Made by a program: the position numbers and the translations under genes. A DNA stretch of 32,322 bases from Thermodesulfovibrionales bacterium (GTDB taxonomy: Bacteria; Nitrospirota; Thermodesulfovibrionia; Thermodesulfovibrionales; SM23-35): NCBI GenBank assembly GCA_022013235.1, contig JAKLQR010000349.1, positions 1 through 32,322 of the forward strand, in the 5' to 3' direction. Position 1 is the first letter of the stretch. Every line of letters starts with the position of its first letter. Below, piece by piece: positions 9,894 through 17,622 of this stretch. A model generated the notes under the pieces. That model was not told the origin of the DNA. It was given only the letters and a program-made list of their open reading frames with translations, and ran no database searches.

Positions 9894-9953
9894 GCAATGA
9901 AGAACCCCGCAACAGAAACCGCGGGGCATCAAACATAAAACTTAAAACTTATT

Positions 9954-10023
9954 GTCATTCCCCGACTTGATCGGGGAATCCATGACCGAGGGATTGGTTT
10001 CCCTGGTCAGGCCAGAAAATGAC
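9954..10023. mobile_element. MITE/REP-like palindromic element, copy 1 (70 bp)
   Basis: Left arm GTCATTCCCCGACTTGATCGGGGAATCC (9954-9981) contains a 9-bp hairpin. The reverse complement of the right arm (9996-10023) is GTCATTTTCTGGCCTGACCAGGGAAACC, 20/28 identical to the left arm. The left arm is identical to 19151-19178. Confidence 0.6.
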
Positions 10024-10112
10024 ACAAGGAAATCCTAGAGCAAGTTACAGGGAATTATCAATTCCACGAAAGAGCGCCCACTAGTTGCGCTTTTCGAAAT
10101 ATTCTAACGGGC

Positions 10113-10550
10113 ATGAAACCATTTGAAATCCTCGACATCTCAGGCGACATCGGGCTCAGATCTTTTGGCAAAACCGTGCAGGAAGCGTTCGTCAATGCCG
10201 CGATCGGGATGTACAGTCTCATTACCGATACCGGGAAAATTGAGGAGAAGAAATCGATTGATGTCTCGCTTGAGAATGATTCGCTTGACAGCCTTTTGGT
10301 TGCCTGGCTGAATGAACTTGTTTTCCATTTCGATGCGTACGGGTTTATCGGGCAAAAGATCTCAATCACTGAATCGGACCTGGAGCCCGCAACTCTGAAA
10401 TCTTACCGGCTGAATGCTGTGCTCTCCGGCGAGGAGTTCGATCCTGACAGACACGAGAGCCGCCTGCTGATCAAAGCAGCCACATACCATCGGCTCAGGA
10501 TAGCGAAGGTGAATGAGATATGGAAGATAGAGGTAATTTTTGACATATAA
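10113..10550 (+). CDS. Archease (RtcB activator family)
   Basis: 145 aa. C-terminal KAATYH...IWKIEVIFDI and N-terminal FEILDISGDIGLRSFGKTVQEAFVNAA match the archease pattern (usually HTADxG...EAFxxAA...KAxTYH). Confidence 0.85.
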   Translation: MKPFEILDISGDIGLRSFGKTVQEAFVNAAIGMYSLITDTGKIEEKKSIDVSLENDSLDSLLVAWLNELVFHFDAYGFIGQKISITESDLEPATLKSYRLNAVLSGEEFDPDRHESRLLIKAATYHRLRIAKVNEIWKIEVIFDI

Positions 10551-13098
10551 CCTTTTTAGCATCTTGTGGCGGTAAAGGAGGGCTGTAGTAATACCCCTGC
10601 CCCATGGTGCATCCTAAAAGGCACAGGCTTTTCCACTGTTCCTCTGTCTCAACGCCTTCTGCAATAGTTTCCAGATTCAGGGTAGTTGCCATTGCTATGA
10701 TGGCCGTTACTATTGAAGCCGTGTCTGTATCTGTTGCAATATCTTTTATAAAGGACCCGTCAATCTTCAGATTATCAACCGGGAATCTTTTAAGATAGCT
10801 CAGGGATGAAAAGCCGGTCCCAAAATCGTCAATGGATATTTCAACCCCTGTATCCTTAAGTTTTTTAAGCACTGAGCGTGTGTACTCCACATCCTGCATA
10901 AAGGTGCTTTCTGTTATTTCCAGGGCAAGGAATGTTGGATCGACACCGATTTCTTTTATGATTCTTTCCAGTATTTCAGCCATATTTTTCTGCCTGAATT
11001 GGACTGCAGAGACATTTATCGAGACAGGTATCACCGGATACCCCTGATCCTGCCACTCCTTAATCTGTCTGCACGCTGTTTTGAATACCCATTCGCCCAC
11101 TTCAAAAATCATCCCTGTTTCTTCCAGCACAGGGATAAACTGCGCCGGAGAGACCAGCCCAAGATCCTTATTTTTCCACCTTATAAGGGCTTCCATTCCC
11201 ACTATCTTTTTTGTATTCATTTCCCAGTAAGGCTGATAGTAAAGCATGAATTCATCATTTTTCAGCGCCTTGTAAAGGTTCCTTTCCAGCAGAACAAACT
11301 CTGATGCTTTCAGATTCATCTCGTCGGTGTGAAACTGATAGGCTCTCATTCCCTGCTTCTTGACATTTGCAAGGGCTAAATCTGCGTTTTTCATTAATTC
11401 ATTGGTGTCTTTTCCATCGTAAGGATATATTGAGATACCGATACTCAGGGTTAAAAAAATTTCTTTTTCTTCAATCATGATGGGCTGGGAGACGTTCTTC
11501 ATTATCTCCTCCGCAATGAGGATGATATCTTCAGGCGCAGCGATATCAATAAATGCTATGCCAAATTCATCGTTCCCCAGTCGCGCTACTGTATCACCTT
11601 CACGGGTAGATTCTGATAGTCTTTTTGCGACCACCTTCAACGCCTTATCCCCGACATCATGACCAAATGTATCATTTATGGACTTGAACCTGTCAATATC
11701 AGTGAATAGGAGCGCAAGAAACCTTTCGTTATACTCAGCTCTTGCCACACCCTGCTTTACCCTGTCGAGAAAGAGGCTTCTGTTTGGAAGGCCTGTGAGC
11801 GCATCATAATAAGCAAGATAGTGAAGTCTCTCTTCCATCCTCTTGCGTACGGTAATTTCATCCCGCAATTCTTCATTTGCCCTTACAAGCGCTGCAGTCC
11901 GTTCTTTCACCCGCAGTTCCAACTCATCGTGAGCCTTTCGCAACTCCCACTCCGCCTGCTTGCGGGCAGTGATGTCAACATTGACTTCGGCGACCAGCCA
12001 TTCGCCCTTCTCGTCCTGAAACGGTATGGTGCTAACTTGTACCGGTCTGTTGCCTTCCTTAACCAGGGTTTCCTCTGTAACTGTGATCTCCTTTGTCTCT
12101 AAGGCCTTCGGAATGCCGCAGTCAGGACATATCTCAGTTCGGTCCATAAAGTATTCATGGCACTTTCTCCCTGCCGGGTCGCCGTATACTTTTTTCCACT
12201 CGGGATCGATGTACCGGATGTTGAAATCCGAATCGATAATATCGAGGCCGGTTTTTGTAGCGCCGAGAATGAATTCTATTTGTTGTTTCAGCCTGGCGAC
12301 CTTACGTTCGGCCTGCTCGCGTTCAGCAGCTTCCTTGACCAGCAAATCTCTGGAGACAGTCGTATTTTTGAGATCTTCAGCCATCTTGTTAAACGAAGAG
12401 GCCAGCATGCCTATCTCATCTTGAGATTCTAACGCTACTTTCACGTCAAGTTCGCCGCTTGAAACTTTTGCCACGGCATCAGTCAATTTCCGGATCGGCC
12501 CGGTGATTGTATTGGCAAACCCAAGGCTCCCCAGTACCGCAATCGCAATCAGTATGATCAGAGTAATGAACAAAGCTTCCCATATACGGGCGACTGGATT
12601 CGCATAATGGCCTATTGCATATCCCATTATGACTGCCCCCAATCGCCTTCCCTCTTTTTCTACCGGGGCGATGACTTCATATTTATCCTCACTCACTAAA
12701 AAAATATGAGGATGCTCAATTTTCATAGCTTGCGTTATTGATGTCTCCTGATCTTGTTTATCCAGCGCTCTATCGTAGTTTTGCGCCAATACATTACCGT
12801 GCTTGTCTATGAGTATGGTGGCAAAAATATGTTCTTCACCAAAATGTGAGCGGCCCTCAAAGTTATTCACAAGGTCTTTCAGCTGAGATGAATTAGGTGA
12901 TAACAAAGGCTGTATGCTTCTTTTGGCTAAGTCTGCGGCAAGACCGACAGCAATTCTTTTTTGCTCCTTCAAGCCCTCTTTATAACTTAGCGACCCAAGC
13001 GTTAATCCCAGCGTCATAGCAATCAGAACTACGAATAAGCACTCTAAAATTATTAATCTTGTCCTTATGCTATTGGCATCAAAAAAGGATTTCATCAT
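10495..13098 (-). CDS. Membrane sensor HAMP-PAS-GGDEF(degenerate GNDEF)-EAL protein, likely a c-di-GMP phosphodiesterase
   Basis: Two TM helices flank a periplasmic segment of ~150 aa. HAMP (ITGPIRKLTDAV...MAEDLK), coiled coil, PAS with CHEYFMDRTEICPDC. GGDEF domain carries REGD (RxxD) plus LGNDEF. EAL domain has EALIRW, EITES, DDFGTG and AEGVETEEQ. Preferred start ATG 13098 overlaps the upstream stop (ATGA); the track start is 13134. Confidence 0.9.
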   Translation of the reverse strand: MMKSFFDANSIRTRLIILECLFVVLIAMTLGLTLGSLSYKEGLKEQKRIAVGLAADLAKRSIQPLLSPNSSQLKDLVNNFEGRSHFGEEHIFATILIDKHGNVLAQNYDRALDKQDQETSITQAMKIEHPHIFLVSEDKYEVIAPVEKEGRRLGAVIMGYAIGHYANPVARIWEALFITLIILIAIAVLGSLGFANTITGPIRKLTDAVAKVSSGELDVKVALESQDEIGMLASSFNKMAEDLKNTTVSRDLLVKEAAEREQAERKVARLKQQIEFILGATKTGLDIIDSDFNIRYIDPEWKKVYGDPAGRKCHEYFMDRTEICPDCGIPKALETKEITVTEETLVKEGNRPVQVSTIPFQDEKGEWLVAEVNVDITARKQAEWELRKAHDELELRVKERTAALVRANEELRDEITVRKRMEERLHYLAYYDALTGLPNRSLFLDRVKQGVARAEYNERFLALLFTDIDRFKSINDTFGHDVGDKALKVVAKRLSESTREGDTVARLGNDEFGIAFIDIAAPEDIILIAEEIMKNVSQPIMIEEKEIFLTLSIGISIYPYDGKDTNELMKNADLALANVKKQGMRAYQFHTDEMNLKASEFVLLERNLYKALKNDEFMLYYQPYWEMNTKKIVGMEALIRWKNKDLGLVSPAQFIPVLEETGMIFEVGEWVFKTACRQIKEWQDQGYPVIPVSINVSAVQFRQKNMAEILERIIKEIGVDPTFLALEITESTFMQDVEYTRSVLKKLKDTGVEISIDDFGTGFSSLSYLKRFPVDNLKIDGSFIKDIATDTDTASIVTAIIAMATTLNLETIAEGVETEEQWKSLCLLGCTMGQGYYYSPPLPPQDAKKVICQKLPLSSISHSPSLS

Positions 13099-14042
13099 TT
13101 GTCGCCCTTGAATTGCCCGAATGTGAGAATACATACTGACAGAAAAAAGAATACGGCGGTTATTATTGTGCCCGTGAAACCGGCCAAAGAGGTTGCAATA
13201 CTTTTGCTCTTTATCCCGGGGAAAACGTAATCAGGAATTATCACATACAATATTCCTTTCCCTTCTGCAAGATAAAGGAAACCATGATCTTCGGCCACTC
13301 TTTCGAGCCCGTCCAGAAATGGACAGGCATAAGGAGATAAAAAGAGCGCTACTGCCAGTGCGAGCACATATATGACGCTACAAGGTTTTATGACAGGCTG
13401 CATACAAATGGGCACTTTTTCATCTGTCAATACGGGGGTGAACCTGTATATCAGTCCAATGATAACAAGGGCAATTATTCCCTCGCCAACACCTATAACC
13501 ATATGTATGCTAACCATGGACATCACAACACTCAAAGTTGGGCCGGTTCCTGAGATACCGAGCATGACAGCACATGAACCGGACGCCAGAATTAAAGAGA
13601 TCCAGGAAGATATGAATACATTGAACAGGAGGCCGCTCATGCCTGTGAACAGTCTCTTCAGCCAGTTGTAAGTATAGTAACCTGCGAACACCCCAATCAC
13701 TCCCATATTGAAGATGTTGGCTCCGAGCGCGAGAACGCCGCCGTCACCGAAAACAAAACACTGGATCACAAGAACAACCGTCAGAACGATCATTGCTGCG
13801 GCAGGGCCAAAGAGTATAGCAGCGAGGGCGCTGCCCATAAAATGGCCGGATGTTCCCTCGGCAATGGGGAAGTTCAGCATCTGCAGAGCAAAAATCAGCG
13901 CAGCAATACTTGCGGCGAAAAGCATCTTTGCCCTGTCGAACTGCCGGCGAATGACTTTAATGCTAAACACAAGAATTGCTCCTGAGACCAAATCCATACT
14001 CAGCGCAACTCCCTTGCTTAAAAATTCATCGGGAATATGCAT
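13095..14042 (-). CDS. CbiM/NikM-type Ni/Co ECF substrate-capture component fused to a PDGLE domain
   Basis: N-terminus MHIPDEFL, then EGTSGHFMG and QCFVFGDGGVLALGANIFNMG (CbiM/NikM hallmarks). C-terminal FLDGLERVAEDHGF (PDGLE) plus a final TM. GGGAG lies upstream of the ATG. Confidence 0.85.
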   Translation of the reverse strand: MHIPDEFLSKGVALSMDLVSGAILVFSIKVIRRQFDRAKMLFAASIAALIFALQMLNFPIAEGTSGHFMGSALAAILFGPAAAMIVLTVVLVIQCFVFGDGGVLALGANIFNMGVIGVFAGYYTYNWLKRLFTGMSGLLFNVFISSWISLILASGSCAVMLGISGTGPTLSVVMSMVSIHMVIGVGEGIIALVIIGLIYRFTPVLTDEKVPICMQPVIKPCSVIYVLALAVALFLSPYACPFLDGLERVAEDHGFLYLAEGKGILYVIIPDYVFPGIKSKSIATSLAGFTGTIITAVFFFLSVCILTFGQFKGDK

Positions 14043-14263
14043 AGTTATCTACTCCCATTATCTTGACAAAAACGGGCATACCTCGCCCATATCTCTCACG
14101 AGAAAAAGCAATTCCTGTGCCATTCATTTCGGTTCTGCTTTTGATTTTTTCCAATCCTTGATGATTTTCTCGCGCAGTCCCGCCTGTTTGTCTATAATTT
14201 GTTGTTTTATAATATTTTTATACTCCAATGGGCTTCTTAGGAGGATGCATTTATGTATCGCAA

Positions 14264-14272
14264 TGGTATAAT
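14264..14272 (+). promoter_or_regulatory. Candidate extended -10 promoter (TGGTATAAT) for rtcB
   Basis: TGnTATAAT match at 14264-14272. It would give a leader of roughly 160 nt containing the 10-bp stem 14299-14308/14333-14342. Confidence 0.3.
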
Positions 14273-14439
14273 TTATGAGTAGAGAGTCTGTTTAAGCTTC
14301 GCATTTTCTCATTCTGTGAGAATCGGAGTTGCGAAAATGCGACCGGTTCAGGATCCCATTGTTAAGTCCGGTGTAAGAAACAACCGAATTTATGGACGGT
14401 CTCTAAATAATTCTACCTCAATTCACAGAAAGGTCAAGT

Positions 14440-15885
14440 ATGACGTTAGCGAAACTCAAAAGAATTGATCAAGCGAGGATAGAAATCTCTCCTGATTACA
14501 AAGAGGGGATGCGCGTAAAGGGGATCATCTATGTCGATGAACTCCTTGAGAAAGAGCTTGAGCCGCAGGCAATCGACCAGGTTGCAAATGTGGCAACGCT
14601 GCCCGGGATCGTCGGCGCCTCCATGGCAATGCCCGACATTCATACAGGATACGGATTTGCAATCGGAGGGGTAGCGGCGTTTGATCTCAAAGAAGGCATC
14701 GTATCACCCGGCGGGGTTGGGTACGATATAAACTGCGGAGTACGTCTCCTCAGGAGCAACCTGACCAGGCAGGAGGTCTTGCCCAAACTCGAGAATCTGG
14801 TGAACCTTCTCTATTCAGAAATACCGGCAGGGGTCGGATCAAAAGGAAAGATACGGCTCAGTCCTGAAGACCAGAAAAGGATATTGGTCAGGGGCGCCCG
14901 CTGGGCTGTAGAGCAGGGATTCGGAGATGCAGAAGATCTCCAAAAAATTGAATCAGGCGGTTGTATGGAAGGAGCCGACCCCTCCCTTATCAGCAATAAA
15001 GCATATGAGCGCGGCAGGGCGCAGCAGGGCACACTTGGCTCCGGCAACCACTTCCTTGAAATACAATACGTCGATGAGATTTTTGATGAAAGGGCTGCGA
15101 ACATTCTCGGTCTTTTCAAGGACCATATTACGCTCATGATCCATACCGGGTCCCGTGGATTCGGACATCAGGTATGCACTGACTTTCTCCAGGTCATGGA
15201 ACGGGCTGCGCAGAAATACCGGATTCCCTTGTACGACAAGGAGCTTGCCTGTGCCCCCTATGACAGCCCTGATGCCCGTGATTATCTCGCAGCAATGAAG
15301 GCCGCCGCAAATTATGCCTGGGCAAACAGGCAGTGCATCATGCACTGGGCGCGGGAAGTTTTCATGAAACAGTTCGGCTTGCCTCCCGGGAAGCTTGGCA
15401 TGAATTTAATATACGACGTCGCGCACAACATCGCAAAGATTGAGGAACATGAAATCAACGGCATCAGGAGGAAGCTTATTGTCCACAGAAAAGGTGCAAC
15501 CCGGGCATTTCCTCCCGGTCATCCGGAACTGCCGGATGTGTATAAACCTCTGGGACAACCGGTCCTTATTCCGGGAGACATGGGCAGGTCCTCCTTCGTG
15601 CTTCTCGGAACGCAGAAGGCGATGGAAGAGACATTCGGGTCCACATGCCACGGAGCCGGAAGGCTCATGTCCAGGCATCAGGCGATCAGGAGAGCGAAGG
15701 GACGGTCAATCCGGAGAGAGATGGAAGACAAAGGCATCATAGTAAGGTCTGCAGGCCGCGATACCCTTGCCGAAGAGATGTCAGACGCATACAAGGACAT
15801 TTCAAATGTCGTAGAAGTTGTCCACAGGGCCGGCATCTCCACCAAGGTAGTCCGCCTTAAACCCCTTGGGGTGATAAAGGGATAG
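14440..15885 (+). CDS. rtcB: RNA 3'-phosphate ligase RtcB
   Basis: 481 aa. Motifs GVGYDINCGVRLL, GSGNHFLE, HTGSRGFGHQ and STCHGAGR. Confidence 0.95.
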   Translation: MTLAKLKRIDQARIEISPDYKEGMRVKGIIYVDELLEKELEPQAIDQVANVATLPGIVGASMAMPDIHTGYGFAIGGVAAFDLKEGIVSPGGVGYDINCGVRLLRSNLTRQEVLPKLENLVNLLYSEIPAGVGSKGKIRLSPEDQKRILVRGARWAVEQGFGDAEDLQKIESGGCMEGADPSLISNKAYERGRAQQGTLGSGNHFLEIQYVDEIFDERAANILGLFKDHITLMIHTGSRGFGHQVCTDFLQVMERAAQKYRIPLYDKELACAPYDSPDARDYLAAMKAAANYAWANRQCIMHWAREVFMKQFGLPPGKLGMNLIYDVAHNIAKIEEHEINGIRRKLIVHRKGATRAFPPGHPELPDVYKPLGQPVLIPGDMGRSSFVLLGTQKAMEETFGSTCHGAGRLMSRHQAIRRAKGRSIRREMEDKGIIVRSAGRDTLAEEMSDAYKDISNVVEVVHRAGISTKVVRLKPLGVIKG

Positions 15886-15909
15886 CAAGAAATCCTGCTT
15901 TGCACCTGA

Positions 15910-17100
15910 TTATTTCAGAATCAGATACTGAACCACTGCTCCGGCAAAGACAATAACCCCTGCCGGGATCATCATCCTGTACATCTTCCAGAGATCAGCC
16001 TTGAAGTATTCCTTTGTCAGGATAAGACAGACATGGACCGGCGACAGAAGAACACCGATGAGCCCTGATGCAAACGCGAATGAGATTGCGGCTACAGAGG
16101 TATTTCCGGTCAGACTGATCAGGAGAGGGAATGTGCTCCCCACAAAGCCTACCGTAATCCCTGTGAGCATCCCTGAAATAAACGGGAGCAGGAAGAGGAT
16201 GGGAGAAACAGGGATATTTTTTTCCAGGAAGAATTGGCTGAGATTTCTCACTGCCCCTGAATTCTCCATCGCCTCTTTGAAAAACATCACCCCGAGTATG
16301 AGGGCAATGACATCAAGGGAAAACCCGTGTCTGAATGTGGCGAGAATATTTTTCGCGCGGTAGCGGTAAAAGAAAAAGAGGAACAGAACGACCGCAATCA
16401 GGGCATAATGGAGCTCTATGCGGAAAAGCATAACGAGCAGGAGCACCGAAACGATTGGAGCGAAACTCCATATGCCATGAACAGACATATGCTTTGCTGC
16501 AACTGTCCCCCCCCGCAGGCCGTGCATGGCGAACATGAATCCGGTGATCACGAGAAGAGCGGCATATGCAGAATTCGCCAGGATAAGATCATAAAGCTGT
16601 ATCTTCGTAATCGCTGCCGCGAGCAGAATGCCGGGATATAACGGCAGGACATATTCCCATGGATGTCTGAACCAGTAGTTGATAAACCCCTTTTCCTCGG
16701 GGCTCATGCGGGTATCATTCGTCGTCTCCGCAACCATTGGGGCAGAAAAGTATGCCCCGCCCACCGAGGGCATGAGCCCGATCAGAAGGGGCATCGAGAT
16801 CGTTACGATCTTGCGGTTTTGAAAAACAGTTTTTACCGTATCCATCATCCGGGCAAGGACTCTATGCTCCCTGAGGACCATTTCAAAAATTCTGATGAAC
16901 GACAATGCGAGGATGAGTTTGAGGGTAACCGGATTCATGACCGTCATCCGGAATGTATCCCATATCTTTTCTGGAGACATCTTATAGAGGAGAATGAGGA
17001 CAGAGGCTGCGATAAACATGACAAGCCCTATGTTGAGCTTTTTCCTGAGGAGAATCATTATGGCTATGAAGACCAGAAGGAGCTTCACTGCATCATTCAT
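15910..17100 (-). CDS. Polytopic membrane protein, DUF401-like (putative transporter)
   Basis: More than 10 TM helices. SVGGAYFSAPMV and INYWFRHPWEY resemble the remembered DUF401 motifs. Start placed at Met31 of the track ORF (MNDAVKLLL). Confidence 0.6.
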   Translation of the reverse strand: MNDAVKLLLVFIAIMILLRKKLNIGLVMFIAASVLILLYKMSPEKIWDTFRMTVMNPVTLKLILALSFIRIFEMVLREHRVLARMMDTVKTVFQNRKIVTISMPLLIGLMPSVGGAYFSAPMVAETTNDTRMSPEEKGFINYWFRHPWEYVLPLYPGILLAAAITKIQLYDLILANSAYAALLVITGFMFAMHGLRGGTVAAKHMSVHGIWSFAPIVSVLLLVMLFRIELHYALIAVVLFLFFFYRYRAKNILATFRHGFSLDVIALILGVMFFKEAMENSGAVRNLSQFFLEKNIPVSPILFLLPFISGMLTGITVGFVGSTFPLLISLTGNTSVAAISFAFASGLIGVLLSPVHVCLILTKEYFKADLWKMYRMMIPAGVIVFAGAVVQYLILK

Positions 17101-17374
17101 GCACCATTGTAGCACATTTGATTCTCCCTCCTTTGTGCATAACGTATGCAACAGAATATATACACCTATGTTGCAAAAAGGATACAGCAATTCCTGCTGG
17201 ACAGAACAGGCGCCGGATACGGGAGAGTATATATTTTTGCAATAATTACAACAGGTTAGAAACTAAAAACCTGAAAGGAAGTTTTTTTTATGATTTGGCC
17301 TCTTTTTTGCTTTTTTATGTGTATGGTTTTTGAAAAATTGTCAGAGTTTAATTATACTTTTGCTCATAAATTTC

Positions 17375-17412
17375 TTGACAAATTATTATGAGTAATGATA
17401 TAAATTTGTCAA
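17375..17412 (+). promoter_or_regulatory. Candidate promoter embedded in a 10-bp perfect palindrome upstream of the second porin
   Basis: TTGACA (17375-17380), 18-nt spacer, TATAAA (17399-17404). TTGACAAATT (17375-17384) is the reverse complement of AATTTGTCAA (17403-17412). Confidence 0.35.
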
Positions 17413-17622
17413 TATTTAGATTGGTATATAGGGTTCTTATACAGTGACAGCATTCAAATTAGGCAAAAGACCTCCATTGGAGGTCTGCACCTTTTCATAA
17501 GGGAGGTGATAGAAAGTTTAGAGTAGAAGAGAATTTCTATCAATAGAGTGGTAAACCCGCCATAGGCGGATCGAGTTAAGAATCATGAAAATTTCTCAAT
17601 ATTAAATTAGGAGGGTTAGCAA

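Noticed and set aside
14043-14263. Cobalamin or NiCo riboswitch in the leader of the NikM/CbiM gene
   Set aside because: I looked for the B12 box and conserved riboswitch cores. The only resemblance is GTCCCGCC at about 14178-14185, which is on the wrong strand for this gene and lacks the accompanying AGGGAA/GGTGAAA elements. The short GGGC...GCCC+TTTTT hairpin before the RBS is only 4 bp.
13708-14271. 187-aa plus-strand ORF antisense to the NikM/CbiM gene
   Set aside because: The CbiM/NikM hallmarks are on the minus strand. This frame is low-complexity and extends into the promoter region.
14280-14439. Sigma-54 (TGGCAC-N5-TTGCW) promoter upstream of rtcB, as in E. coli rtcBA
   Set aside because: No GG/GC pair with the required spacing was found by eye, and there is no RtcR-like activator in the window.
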